Assembly: GCA_045590195.1 (NCBI GenBank)
Contig: JAZNQN010000021.1
Location: forward strand, 1,352-65,351
Source of the DNA: Clostridia bacterium
GTDB lineage: Bacteria; Bacillota; Clostridia; UMGS1883; UMGS1540
Direction of reading: 5' to 3'
DNA length: 64,000 bases
Of the stretch, positions 9,432 through 19,458 are shown in pieces (within the stretch, counting starts at the first letter, position 1; each line of letters opens with the position of its first letter). A program made the position numbers and the translations under genes. A model generated the notes under the pieces. It ran no database searches. It was given only the letters and a program-made list of their open reading frames with translations, and was not told the origin of the DNA.

Positions 9432-11132
9432 TTAGCCTATTATTTTTTCGGTGTCAGCTTTTATTTTTTCGGCTTTGGCAGCCAAATCATCAGCAAAGAA
9501 GCCTGAATAAATTTTAAATTTAGGCTCTGTTCCCGATGGACGGAAAGCTACGAAGCTACCGTCCTCAGTAGTAAAGCGCAAAACGTTTGATGAGGGAAGG
9601 TTTGCCGACATTTCCTGCCCTGTTATCATATTTATCTTCTTATTATTAAGTATATCGGTAAATGTTACAACACGACTGCCGCCTATTTCTTTCGGCACGT
9701 TATTTCTTATTTTTTCCATAACTGCCTGCATTTTTGCCATTCCGTCGGCTCCTTCGAAATAAATATTATTTACCCATTCGCCGAAGTTACCATATTTTTT
9801 ATTGAGGGCACAAAGTGCATCATAAAGGCTCATACCGGAAAGTTTATAATCAGACGCCATTTCAGCAATCAAAAGTGCGGCGGAAACAGCATCTTTATCT
9901 CTTACATAGTCGCCGCAGAGATAGCCATAGCTTTCTTCAAAGCCGAAAATAAATTCTTTTTCGCCACTTTCTTCATATTCTTTTATTTTATCGGCAATAA
10001 ATTTAAAGCCTGTTAAAACATCGAAGCACTCAACGCCGTAGTAAGATGTTATTTTATTTATAATTTCGTTTGTTACAACTGTTTTTACAACAAAGCCGTT
10101 TTTTGGAAGAGTTCCCATCTGCTGGCGTTTTGAAAGAATATATTCTGTTAAAAGTGCGCCAACCTGATTACCTGTAAGGTTTATAAATTCGCCATCATCT
10201 TTTAAAACGGCAACGCCTACACGGTCGGAATCGGGGTCGGTTGCAATTATAAGGTCGGCCCCTTTTTCTTTGGCAAGTTTTATGGAGTATTCAAAGCCTT
10301 CGTAGTTTTCGGGGTTAGGGCTTTTAAGGGTTGTAAAATTGCCATCGGGCATTTCCTGTTCGGGCACAACGTAAACGTTTTTAAGGCCTGCCGCTTTCAA
10401 AACAGCACGCACAGGAATATTACCCGCTCCGTTAAATGGCGAATAGACAATTTTCATCTGCGCTTTTTTAATAACTTCGGGGTTAATTGAAAGCGAGAGA
10501 GCGCCTTTTTGGAATTCTTTATCAATTTCTTCGCCAACAAAGTTTATAAGGCCTTTTTCGACTGCCTCTTCCTCATCCATAACAGAAACGCCTGTGAAAA
10601 TATGTGTGGCAGACATATTATTTTTAATTTCATCGGCAACTTCGAAAACAACCTGTGCCCCATCGCTACCGTAAACTTTATAGCCATTATATTCTTTCGG
10701 GTTATGGCTGGCAGTTACAACTATACCTGCGCTACACTTAAGATAACGAACTGTAAAGCTAAGCTGCGGAGTTGGGCGAAGGGTATCGTAAATATAAACC
10801 TTTATCCCCTCTGCCGCAAGCACCTTTGCGCTTTCAAGAGCAAAAAGGCGAGAATTATTTCGGCTGTCAAAAGCTATTGCAACGCCGCCTTTCAAGCCAT
10901 TTTTATTAAGGTAATCGGCAAGACCTTTTGTTGCACGGCGAACTGTGAAAATATTCATATTATTAGTTCCTGCGCCCATAATGCCACGAAGGCCGCCTGT
11001 GCCGAATTCGAGATCATTTTCAAAGCGCATTTTTATATCATCGTCGCTTTTAAGGGAGAGCAAATCTGCACTTAAATCATCTGTAAGACCTTCGAAATTT
11101 TTCCACTGGTTGTATTTTTCAAGATAAGTCAT
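9432..11132 (-). CDS. pgcA: Phosphoglucomutase/phosphomannomutase family protein (alpha-phosphoglucomutase-like)
   Basis: GTGGLRG loop and active-site GIVVTASHNPKEYNGYK. About 566 aa, like PgcA. Start moved to ATG 11130-11132 (MTYLEKY), which has a GGAG RBS. The ORF-track start at 11165 lacks one. Confidence 0.85.
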   Translation of the reverse strand: MTYLEKYNQWKNFEGLTDDLSADLLSLKSDDDIKMRFENDLEFGTGGLRGIMGAGTNNMNIFTVRRATKGLADYLNKNGLKGGVAIAFDSRNNSRLFALESAKVLAAEGIKVYIYDTLRPTPQLSFTVRYLKCSAGIVVTASHNPKEYNGYKVYGSDGAQVVFEVADEIKNNMSATHIFTGVSVMDEEEAVEKGLINFVGEEIDKEFQKGALSLSINPEVIKKAQMKIVYSPFNGAGNIPVRAVLKAAGLKNVYVVPEQEMPDGNFTTLKSPNPENYEGFEYSIKLAKEKGADLIIATDPDSDRVGVAVLKDDGEFINLTGNQVGALLTEYILSKRQQMGTLPKNGFVVKTVVTNEIINKITSYYGVECFDVLTGFKFIADKIKEYEESGEKEFIFGFEESYGYLCGDYVRDKDAVSAALLIAEMASDYKLSGMSLYDALCALNKKYGNFGEWVNNIYFEGADGMAKMQAVMEKIRNNVPKEIGGSRVVTFTDILNNKKINMITGQEMSANLPSSNVLRFTTEDGSFVAFRPSGTEPKFKIYSGFFADDLAAKAEKIKADTEKIIG

Positions 11133-11305
11133 ATTAATCTCCATTCCGCCGCTCCGCATCGGCACAATATAATAATTTAAATTTCTCTTTCAAGCGGAGC
11201 AAGGGATGAAAGAGATTAAATGCGCATGTGCGTTTCGGCGTAAGCCGAAAATTTCGCACGCGCGATAAAATCCGCCAGAGGCTATCAACGTGAATTTTTT
11301 TCACG

Positions 11306-13033
11306 TTATACCTCCTTAAGTGGCGCAACATACGCCGTTTTATATTTATCATAAATAACCTTTCCGGGCATTGCTCCCGATGGTTTTTTTACATTTTTAA
11401 TTATGGTGTAATCAATTTCTACCATAGCGCTTTCACGGGCGCTGCTGTAATATGCCGCAAGGCGTGCCGCATATTCAATAACTTTATCGGGGATTTCTAC
11501 TCCCTGATTTTTTATGAGCACGTGTGAGCCGGGGGCATCTTTTATATGAAGCCACATATCATAGCTTTTTCCTATGCGGCAGGTAACGGTGTCGTTTTGC
11601 CTGTTATTTCTGCCAACCAAAATTTCGTAGCCTTCATAGGTAAACATCATAGGTTCAGAAGGCTTTTCTTTAACTTTTCCTTTTTTGCCGCCATCTGTTT
11701 TTATATATTTAAGCGATTGCAGCTCTTTTCTGATTTCGGTTAAATCGTTTTCTGTTTCAGCAATATCGATACTTGTTAAAACTGCTTCGAGATACTCGAT
11801 TTCGGCAAGGTTTTTCTCCATTTGCTCTTTTGTTATCTCTTTGGCGGTTTTAAGCTTTCTATATTTTGTATAATAAATTGCCGCATTTTTCTGAGGCGAT
11901 TTTGATTTATCAAGAGGAATTTTTATTATTTTGTTATCGTCGTAAAAATTTTCAACCTCTGCCTCTTCCTCGCCGCCTGACAGTTTATAAAGGTTTGCAG
12001 TTAAAAGGTCGCCATAAATTCTGAAAATATCGGCATTTTCGCACTCGGCAAGTTTTTCCTCGTGAAGCTGAAGTTTTTTTCGGCAACGCTCAAGAGCATT
12101 TGTAACCGTTTTTCTGACTGCGTGGCTTTTTGACCTCATTCTCTCCCACAAATCGCGGCGGAGGAAAAATGTATCCATAGCTTCGCTTATGCTTTCAAAA
12201 GCGCCAACTTTCGCCAGAGAGCCATAAAGGCTTATGTTATATGCCGCAAAGTCAATCATTTTTTCGGTTTCAGCATGGGAAATTATGCAGGGGGAAAATT
12301 CGCCTTTTTGAATTTTATCAAGGTTTTTCCAGAGCATTTTTGATGCGGCCAAAATACTTGCCCCTTCAAGCATTGACGAAACCTCGCCCGTTGCAAGAAA
12401 TGAAATTTCGCGGCCGAAAAGCGGGCTTGTTCCCGAAAAGGTTTTAACAATTGCTTTTTCAATTGGCTGAGGGGAGCATTTTAAAAGTATTTCGAAAATT
12501 TCGTCCTCTTTTACGGTTTGGGAATTTATTTTATCCTGCCGTGGCGGCAGAGAATAAGTTATTCCCGGCAGAATATGGCGCACGGTGGAAACACTTAAAT
12601 CTACTCTTTTAACACTGTCGATAACCTTGTCACCTACAGTTAAAATTATATTACTGTGTCTTCCCATTATTTCTGCATAAATGTGGCAAGAGATAACATC
12701 GCCAAGCTCATTGCGGCTTTCAATTTCTATATCCACAACCCTTTCAAAATCGGGCTGGGTTATTGTTTTTATTCTGCCGCTTCCTATATGCTTTCGCATA
12801 AGCATACAAAACATCGGCGCCGCAGAAGGGTTTTGTTTCGGGTGCCCGGTAAGATGAATTCTGGGGTTTCCGCTATCGGCACTTATAAGCAGAGTATATG
12901 TTTTTTTATCAGCTTTTACAAAAAGGCGGATTTCGTCTTTTTCAGGCTGATGTATTTTTTCTATTCTTCCGCCGACAAGTTTTTCGTTTAATTCTTTTAC
13001 TACCGCCGACACTGCTATTGCATCAAATGGCAT
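11306..13033 (-). CDS. rqcH: RqcH (NFACT / FbpA-family ribosome quality-control protein)
   Basis: 575 aa. N-terminus MPFDAIAVSAVVKELNEKLVGGRIEKIHQPEKDEI and PMFCMLMRKHI closely match the B. subtilis RqcH/YloA family. Coiled-coil middle region. C-terminal DUF814-like block. Confidence 0.85.
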   Translation of the reverse strand: MPFDAIAVSAVVKELNEKLVGGRIEKIHQPEKDEIRLFVKADKKTYTLLISADSGNPRIHLTGHPKQNPSAAPMFCMLMRKHIGSGRIKTITQPDFERVVDIEIESRNELGDVISCHIYAEIMGRHSNIILTVGDKVIDSVKRVDLSVSTVRHILPGITYSLPPRQDKINSQTVKEDEIFEILLKCSPQPIEKAIVKTFSGTSPLFGREISFLATGEVSSMLEGASILAASKMLWKNLDKIQKGEFSPCIISHAETEKMIDFAAYNISLYGSLAKVGAFESISEAMDTFFLRRDLWERMRSKSHAVRKTVTNALERCRKKLQLHEEKLAECENADIFRIYGDLLTANLYKLSGGEEEAEVENFYDDNKIIKIPLDKSKSPQKNAAIYYTKYRKLKTAKEITKEQMEKNLAEIEYLEAVLTSIDIAETENDLTEIRKELQSLKYIKTDGGKKGKVKEKPSEPMMFTYEGYEILVGRNNRQNDTVTCRIGKSYDMWLHIKDAPGSHVLIKNQGVEIPDKVIEYAARLAAYYSSARESAMVEIDYTIIKNVKKPSGAMPGKVIYDKYKTAYVAPLKEV

Positions 13034-13095
13034 AATATTTCTCCATTATAAATTTATTCATAATACATTATAGCATAAGTATACAGAAAATAAAA

Positions 13096-13126
13096 GTAAA
13101 AAATAAAAAATCCCGAAGGATTTTTA
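13096..13126. terminator. Bidirectional A/T-flanked hairpin terminator
   Basis: aaaaaatcccgaaggatttttt immediately after the stop of the 13124-14653 ORF. Confidence 0.45.
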
Positions 13127-14653
13127 TTTTATAATAAGTATTACCGGTTTTAAAGTTATTGCCTGTAAATTCAGTATCAAATTTTCGCCGTTTTGTGAAA
13201 AGGTTACTTCTTCCCACTCTCCCGAAGGCGAAAGGGCCTTTACCTCTTTTACCGCTCTTTCTGTGCAGAGAGTTATTTTTTCAATTTCATCAAAACCTGT
13301 ATTTACAATAGCACAGAAAATATCCCCTTCTTCTGTGTATGCGGCTTTCATATAAACCTCGTCGTCACCTTGAAAATATATGGGCAAGTTGCCGCTTTCT
13401 TTTAATATTTCAACAAGCTGATGTTTTCTTGACTGATTGAGGAAGGAATACGCCTCGGTATATGTAAAGTTTGCTTTTGGTGTTCCTGCAAAAACTGTTA
13501 TATTGCCCCCAAGGCTGTTTTTAAATCTCACGCTGCCGGGGAAAAGTGGAACTTCTTCTTTTCCTCCTTTAAGATGACATACCTGTGACAGCGCCTGGCA
13601 TTTATCTGAAAGAGGAACAATTTCGCAAATTTCTCTCTGTGCATTGGTTTTCTTTCCGATGTCAAGAATAACTTCGTAGCTTGTATTAGGCCCTGTCCAT
13701 TCTCTTATATCTACCCCAAGATATTCAGAAAAACCTCTTTCGATAAATATTTTTGCACTTTTACTTGACAACACAGCCGCTCCCGACAAAATTTTTAAAC
13801 ACTCTTCATTTGTAAAGTTTCTGGCGTCATCACCATCTAAAAATACTGCATTTGAAATTTTGTCGGAAAAATATAGTGGTATTCCCATTCTTTCTAAAAC
13901 GCAAGTTGCCCAGTAGCAGGTTTTATCATATTCGTTACCCAGCCCATAAGAAGGCACAGCCGAAAGAAAATTATTAGCACCAATAAAGGAAAGCGATGTT
14001 ATGATACCCGAAAGAGTTTCATAAAATCCACTGTATTTTGACAAAGTAGTACGATAGCGTTTTCCGCTTTCTATCTCAAAGTCACGAAGTCTTGTTATCC
14101 AGTGTTTAGCACCTGCCGCACCTTCTAAAATTGAAATTACAAAATGAGTGTGAAGCGAATTGGCACTTGTGCTGTATCTGTTCTGAGGGCAGGTATCGGT
14201 TTCGGCTAAAATAGTATCAACCTTATCCCCCATATGAATTTTCTGAACAGCAGCACGGTAAGCTTTGTAGCTTTGACCTCTTGCACCGGCAGGAGTATAG
14301 TTGCCGTTATTTATACGAACAGTTACTTCGTTTCCTTCTCCTGCTAAAATCTGGGCTATTTCGCCTGCAAATTCAGCCCCATTTCCACAGCAACAGAAAA
14401 TTCCGGGAAGGGCAGGGTTTACTTCGTCAATTCCCTCTCTTATTGCTTTTGCACTTTCTAAAAGAGACTCGCCCTGAGTTTCTATAAAAGCTTTTGTAAT
14501 AGCAAGGCTTTTTTCATCGGTTTTATTTGTAAATTCAAAAAGCTCTTCTCGGCTTATGGAAAAACCAATTTTTTCAGAAAGCTTTTCAAGATGAATGGGA
14601 CAGGCACAACCGCCACCTCTCCAGGCCATAAGGCGAAAGTCGTCATCAACCAT
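13124..14653 (-). CDS. Glycoside-hydrolase-like protein, C-terminal 509-aa part of an apparently split gene
   Basis: Long ORF with no recognisable catalytic motif. Its 5' end overlaps the upstream 164-aa ORF (14554-15048) by 100 nt in another frame. See the findings. Confidence 0.5.
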   Translation of the reverse strand: MVDDDFRLMAWRGGGCACPIHLEKLSEKIGFSISREELFEFTNKTDEKSLAITKAFIETQGESLLESAKAIREGIDEVNPALPGIFCCCGNGAEFAGEIAQILAGEGNEVTVRINNGNYTPAGARGQSYKAYRAAVQKIHMGDKVDTILAETDTCPQNRYSTSANSLHTHFVISILEGAAGAKHWITRLRDFEIESGKRYRTTLSKYSGFYETLSGIITSLSFIGANNFLSAVPSYGLGNEYDKTCYWATCVLERMGIPLYFSDKISNAVFLDGDDARNFTNEECLKILSGAAVLSSKSAKIFIERGFSEYLGVDIREWTGPNTSYEVILDIGKKTNAQREICEIVPLSDKCQALSQVCHLKGGKEEVPLFPGSVRFKNSLGGNITVFAGTPKANFTYTEAYSFLNQSRKHQLVEILKESGNLPIYFQGDDEVYMKAAYTEEGDIFCAIVNTGFDEIEKITLCTERAVKEVKALSPSGEWEEVTFSQNGENLILNLQAITLKPVILIIK

Positions 14654-15048
14654 AATAACTTTAGGATGGTGGGATCAACAGTTTTCATTGCGTTTTTTAT
14701 ATATTCCTTAAAACCCTCGTCATAAGGGCAGCAGGTATGTCTTTCACTGCCATCTTTTAAGCTTACATACTTTTGAAAAGCAAATTCTTCGTTAAGCTTA
14801 TATCCGTGGCCAATGGTTGCCTGAACCAAGATTCCGCACTCAAAGCCCATTTCAGCAAGGCGGTCGCGGAATTTATCGTACTTTTCACAGGCAATTGCAG
14901 CTTTATCTATAGCAGGGTCACCCTCAGGGGTAAGCTGAATACTGAAAAGCGCACAAGTGGCAATATTATTTTCATATTGCATTTTAATATCTTCGCATAT
15001 TTCATCAATATGATCTATATCAAGTGGCATTATACTGTAGTTTTGCAT
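14554..15048 (-). CDS. Glycoside-hydrolase-like protein, N-terminal 164-aa part (GH42-like Cys motif HTCCPYDEGFKEY)
   Basis: RBS aaaaaggagag before the ATG. CCPYDEGFKEYI resembles the Cys-cluster/FREWL region of GH42-fold enzymes seen in the three paralogs in this window. Ends in the overlap with the downstream frame. Confidence 0.5.
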   Translation of the reverse strand: MQNYSIMPLDIDHIDEICEDIKMQYENNIATCALFSIQLTPEGDPAIDKAAIACEKYDKFRDRLAEMGFECGILVQATIGHGYKLNEEFAFQKYVSLKDGSERHTCCPYDEGFKEYIKNAMKTVDPTILKLLWLMTTFALWPGEVAVVPVPFILKSFLKKLVFP

Positions 15049-15112
15049 ACCGCTCTCTCCTTTTTATTTTATGGGTTTAGTATAGCATATCACTTTTTAA
15101 AAAGCAATAGTT

Positions 15113-15852
15113 TTAAAATTCTCTTTCCGCTCTTATTTGTCTTGGAGTTTTACCCGTATGATTTTTAAGAATTTTACGAAAATACGAGGCGGAACTAAGG
15201 TTTAATATTTCGGCTATTTCGTCGAGCTTTTTGTCGGTAGTTAAAAGAAGGTTTATCCCCTTTTGCACTATTGCCCTTTGCCTGATAAGATTCGGTGTTT
15301 CCCCATCTTTTTTAAAAAGCATATATAAATACGGTGTGCTTATTCCGCTCATACTCGCAATATGCGGCATTGAAAGGGTTGGGTTTTCAAAAATTATATT
15401 TTTAATTTTTTCTGTCATGCTTTCGTTTTTTTCCAACATAAGAGGAGCAATTTCTGCAGCTGCCGCATAAAAGGAAGCCAGGGCTTCGCAGGTGATGTTT
15501 TTTCCGGTTGTCGGAATTTTTAAAAGAATATCTTTTATGTTATCATCACAATTTACAATTTGAAGCTCGTATTTTTTTCGTTTGCAATTCCCATTTCTTT
15601 ATACCCAAGTGACAAAAACTTAATTTCTTCCCCTTCCCAGTACGACTGATACGCAAGTCCAATAGGAATATGAAATACATCGCCCTGATTTATGTAAATT
15701 GTTTTATCTTTTGAAACTATTTTGGCGCTGCCCGAAAGCATAAATGCTATATAATTATAAGGGCAGCCGTTTCTTTGGTCGGTATAGTGTTTTTCGTATA
15801 AAACAAACTTATTAAAATTAAATTTATCATACAATAATATATTATTTCCCAT
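15113..15852 (-). pseudogene. AraC-family transcriptional regulator (N-terminal cupin + C-terminal HTH) interrupted by a frameshift in a T7/A7 homopolymer
   Basis: ORF 15553-15852 carries the cupin sensor domain (HIPIGLAYQSYWEGEE). ORF 15113-15439 carries the AraC HTH (LSSASYFRKILKNHTGKTPRQIR). Adding one A to the A7 run (plus strand T7 at 15572-15578) fuses them into a ~245-aa regulator reading ...GIANEKKYELQIVNCDD...LMLEKNESMTEKI. Confidence 0.7.
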
Positions 15853-15946
15853 TAAAAACCACCTTTTAACTATACAATATTACCCTTTTGTTATATTATA
15901 TTATGTTTTATTTTATCTGTCAATGTGTTATATTGTTATCGAGGTG

Positions 15947-16969
15947 ATGAAATTGAACAAACAAATAGTTTTTTCTAAAAAAGATACTGCCGAGCTTTGG
16001 GATATTGAATACAAAAAGCCTGGCATAAACCAGGCAAGTGTTGAAACACATTTCAGTGCAATAAGTTCAGGAACAGAAAAGGCAAATATTACAGGCAACC
16101 CTAATATTTCTTCTGTGCCGAACGCACCAGTTGTTTTTCCAAGATATTTAGGATACAGCAGTGCAGGTGTTGTAAAAGAAGTTGGAGAAAATGTTACTCA
16201 TATTGCCCCCGGCGACAGAGTAATTGTTTTTCAAGGTCAACACAAAAAATATAACACATTGTCAGCTGACAATGTTGTTAAAATTCCTTATGATGATATT
16301 CCTCTCGAAGAAGCGGCACTTATTTTTATTACAACATTCCCCCTTGCGGCAATTCGTAAAACAAGACTTGAAATTTCGGAAAGTGCTCTTGTTATGGGAC
16401 TGGGAATTTTAGGTCAGTTTGCAATTAAGTTTTTAAAAGCCGCCGGTGCAGCTCCCATTATTGCCGCCGACCTTTTGGAAGAACGCAGACAATCGGCTCT
16501 CTCTCTTGGTGCAGATTACGCCTTTGACCCTGCCGATCCCGATTTTGCCGAAAAAGTTAAAAATGTAAGCGGGGGCGGAGTTAATGTTTGTATCGAAGTT
16601 ACAGGCGTTGGCGCAGGACTTGACAGCACACTTGACTGTATGGCACGCTTTGGAAGAGTTGCACTGCTGGGCTGTACAAGAGATAAAAACTTTACCATAG
16701 ATTACTACAAAAAAATCCATTGGCCGGGTATTACACTTATTGGCGCTCACACTCAGGCGCGTCCCGATCAGGAATCGCACCAGGGTTACTATACTCATCG
16801 CGATGATATTTTAGCTACACTTAAGCTTTTGAATATGAAAAGAATTACTCTTTCTGATATGATAAAAGAAATTCACTCACCAAAAGAATGCGGCGAAGTT
16901 TACGAGAGGCTTATAAACGAGAAAAACTTCCCATGTGCAGTTTTGTTTGACTGGAGGGATATAAAATGA
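15947..16969 (+). CDS. Zinc-binding medium-chain alcohol dehydrogenase/reductase (MDR family)
   Basis: RBS gaggtg followed by ATG at 15947 (MKLNKQIVF). GroES-like N-terminus, Rossmann GLGILGQFAIKFLKAAGA. Stop overlaps the next gene (ATGA). Confidence 0.8.
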   Translation: MKLNKQIVFSKKDTAELWDIEYKKPGINQASVETHFSAISSGTEKANITGNPNISSVPNAPVVFPRYLGYSSAGVVKEVGENVTHIAPGDRVIVFQGQHKKYNTLSADNVVKIPYDDIPLEEAALIFITTFPLAAIRKTRLEISESALVMGLGILGQFAIKFLKAAGAAPIIAADLLEERRQSALSLGADYAFDPADPDFAEKVKNVSGGGVNVCIEVTGVGAGLDSTLDCMARFGRVALLGCTRDKNFTIDYYKKIHWPGITLIGAHTQARPDQESHQGYYTHRDDILATLKLLNMKRITLSDMIKEIHSPKECGEVYERLINEKNFPCAVLFDWRDIK

Positions 16970-17970
16970 GAAAAATAAAAATTGCAATTATAGGAGCTAA
17001 CGAAAACAGCCACGCCTCCCCCATAACCGACACACTTAGAAATTTAACCGATGTTTTTGAAGTTGTGGGTTACGCTTTACCCGAAAACGAAGAAGAAAAA
17101 TTTCCGGACATTATTGAAAGAAGCTATTTGGGGTTAAAAAAACTTACTTTAAACGAAATTTTAGAAGATAAAGAAATAGAAGCTGTTGCCGTTGAAACAG
17201 AGGAAATATATCTTACAAAATACACTACTCTTTGTGCAAAATATGGCAAGCACATACATATGGAAAAGCCGGGCGGCACTTCGCTTTCGGAATTTGAAGA
17301 AATGATTTCGGAAGTTAAGAAAAGCGGAAAGGTTTTTCACACCGGATATATGTACCGCTACAACCCCGTAATTTCTGATGTTTTAAAAAGAGCAAAGGCA
17401 GGTGAGTTTGGCGAGATTATAAGCATAGAAGCGCAAATGAACTGTCCGCACAAAAAAGAAATTCGCCAGTGGCTCGAAGTTTTCCCCGGTGGAATGATGT
17501 TTTTTCTCGGCTGTCACCTTATTGATTTTATATATAACATACAAGGCGAGCCTGAAAATATTATTCCACTAAACAGAAGCACAGGACACGAAGGTGTTAC
17601 AGCCGACGATTTTGGAATGGTGGTACTTGAATACAAACGAGGTGTTTCTTTTGCCAAAACAACTTCTGCCGAAAAGGGTGGTTTTTGGAGAAGGCAAATT
17701 GTAATTTGCGGTACAGAGAAAACCATTGAAATAAAACCCCTTGAAATGTATGCCGAAGGCGAAGGCGTTGCACCGCTTACTACATCTGCAAAGGAATATT
17801 CCACAAACGATTGGGGCGATGAAGGCAAGCGCTATAAAAGCGAAGCTTTTGACAGATATGCACCCATGATGCTTGGCTTTGCCGAAATGGTTCGCGACGA
17901 AAAGGTAAACCCCTATACCCCGGATTATGAACTTAAGCTTTATAAACTAATAACAAAGTGTTGTAAATAA
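16966..17970 (+). CDS. Gfo/Idh/MocA-family NAD(P)-dependent oxidoreductase
   Basis: MRKIKIAIIGANENSHA N-terminal Rossmann fold. 334 aa. Translationally coupled to the upstream dehydrogenase. Confidence 0.75.
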   Translation: MRKIKIAIIGANENSHASPITDTLRNLTDVFEVVGYALPENEEEKFPDIIERSYLGLKKLTLNEILEDKEIEAVAVETEEIYLTKYTTLCAKYGKHIHMEKPGGTSLSEFEEMISEVKKSGKVFHTGYMYRYNPVISDVLKRAKAGEFGEIISIEAQMNCPHKKEIRQWLEVFPGGMMFFLGCHLIDFIYNIQGEPENIIPLNRSTGHEGVTADDFGMVVLEYKRGVSFAKTTSAEKGGFWRRQIVICGTEKTIEIKPLEMYAEGEGVAPLTTSAKEYSTNDWGDEGKRYKSEAFDRYAPMMLGFAEMVRDEKVNPYTPDYELKLYKLITKCCK

Positions 17971-17997
17971 GAGCCTTACATTGTTATACAAAATAAA

Positions 17998-18025
17998 AAA
18001 ACCGCAGATTTAAAAATCTGCGGTT
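17998..18025. terminator. Bidirectional rho-independent terminator
   Basis: aaaccgcagattt-aaaa-atctgcggttt, flanked by A-run and T-run, between convergent genes. Confidence 0.75.
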
Positions 18026-18031
18026 TAATTA

Positions 18032-19438
18032 TTAGGATAAATCTTCTACATAAAGAGTTCTTACTGCATCGTCGCCTTTCGAGAGGGCATCGCTATCTCT
18101 TTTTTCAAAGAATTTAAGTGCAACCTGTGGAAAAAGTGCGTAGCTGAGAACGTCTTCAGGTTTCTGATAGTGGCCTTTTTCTTTAAGCTCTTTTTCATAG
18201 CCTTCAAGTTCAGGCTGAAGTAAATCGGCAGGGCGGCAAGTAATTAAAGGCTCGTCGCCAATTGCTTTTTTTCTTACTTCTTCGTTAACAGGTGCAGGAA
18301 GCTGACCGTATTCGCCACGAAGAACGCCTTTTGATTCTTTTGGAATCATTTTGTATCTCTCGCCTGAGAGAACGTTCATAACAGCCTGAGTACCAACAAT
18401 CTGGCTTGTAGGTGTTACAAGTGGAAGATAACCAAAGTCTTTACGAACTCTTGGAATTTCTGCAAGTACATCGTAATATTTATCTTCGGCACCTGCCTGC
18501 TGAAGCTGTGAAATAAGGTTTGAAAGCATTCCGCCCGGAACCTGATAAAGTAGTGTATTTGTATCAACTTTCAAAACTTTAGGATTAAGTGTTCCCTCTG
18601 CCTGAAGTTTTTCAGCAACGCCTCTGAAATGTTTTGCAATTTCAGAAAGTTTTGTAAGGTCGATACCTGTATCTCTGCCTGTATCTTTAAGTGTTGCAAC
18701 AAGTGCTTCTGTTGAAGGCTGTGCAGTACCGTTAGCAAGCGGAGAAAGCGCACAGTCGACAATATCAACATCGGCCTGAATAGCCATAAGGTTTACCATA
18801 TCGCCTGTACCTGTTGTGTTGTGGGTATGAAGGTGAATTGGTATCTGGATATCGCGTTTTAATGCTTTAACAAGTTCGTAAGCATCGAAAGGCAGTAAAA
18901 GGTTTGCCATATCTTTAATACAAATTGAATCGGCACCCATACTTTCAAGCTTTTTAGCAAGCTTTACAAAGTATTCAATGTTGTGAACAGGGCTTGTTGT
19001 ATAAGAAAGCGCCGCTTCACACCAGCCTTTGTATTTCTTTGTATATTTAATAGCTGCTTCAAGGTTTCTTACGTCATTTAAAGCATCAAATATACGAATA
19101 ACGTCGATACCATTTTCAATCGATTTTTTAACAAATTCCTCAACAACATCGTCTGCATAGTGTTTATAGCCGAGGATATTCTGACCACGGAAAAGCATCT
19201 GCAGTTTTGTGTTAGGCATATGTTTTTTGAATGTTCTGAGTCTTTCCCATGGGTCTTCATCGAGAAAACGCATACAAGCATCGAAGGTTGCGCCACCCCA
19301 GCACTCAAGTGACCAGTAGCCAACTTCATCGAGCATCTCAAGAGCGGGAATCATATCTTCGATACGCATACGTGTTGCCGCCTGACTCTGGTGAGCATCA
19401 CGCAAAATTGTATCTGTAATATATAATTTTTTAGCCAT
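18032..19438 (-). CDS. oadA: Oxaloacetate/methylmalonyl-CoA-type decarboxylase alpha subunit, carboxyltransferase (5S/HMGL-like) domain without a biotinyl domain
   Basis: 468 aa. MAKKLYITDTILRDAHQSQAATRMRIEDM...WSLECWGGATFD is the pyruvate-carboxyltransferase TIM-barrel. No C-terminal biotin attachment motif. Confidence 0.85.
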   Translation of the reverse strand: MAKKLYITDTILRDAHQSQAATRMRIEDMIPALEMLDEVGYWSLECWGGATFDACMRFLDEDPWERLRTFKKHMPNTKLQMLFRGQNILGYKHYADDVVEEFVKKSIENGIDVIRIFDALNDVRNLEAAIKYTKKYKGWCEAALSYTTSPVHNIEYFVKLAKKLESMGADSICIKDMANLLLPFDAYELVKALKRDIQIPIHLHTHNTTGTGDMVNLMAIQADVDIVDCALSPLANGTAQPSTEALVATLKDTGRDTGIDLTKLSEIAKHFRGVAEKLQAEGTLNPKVLKVDTNTLLYQVPGGMLSNLISQLQQAGAEDKYYDVLAEIPRVRKDFGYLPLVTPTSQIVGTQAVMNVLSGERYKMIPKESKGVLRGEYGQLPAPVNEEVRKKAIGDEPLITCRPADLLQPELEGYEKELKEKGHYQKPEDVLSYALFPQVALKFFEKRDSDALSKGDDAVRTLYVEDLS

Positions 19439-19458
19439 ATTTTTCTCCCTTCTTTAAA

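Noticed and set aside
10509-11127. Plus-strand ORFs 10509-11075 and 10945-11127
   Set aside because: They lie antisense to pgcA, whose frame carries the conserved TASHNP active site. No translation signals.
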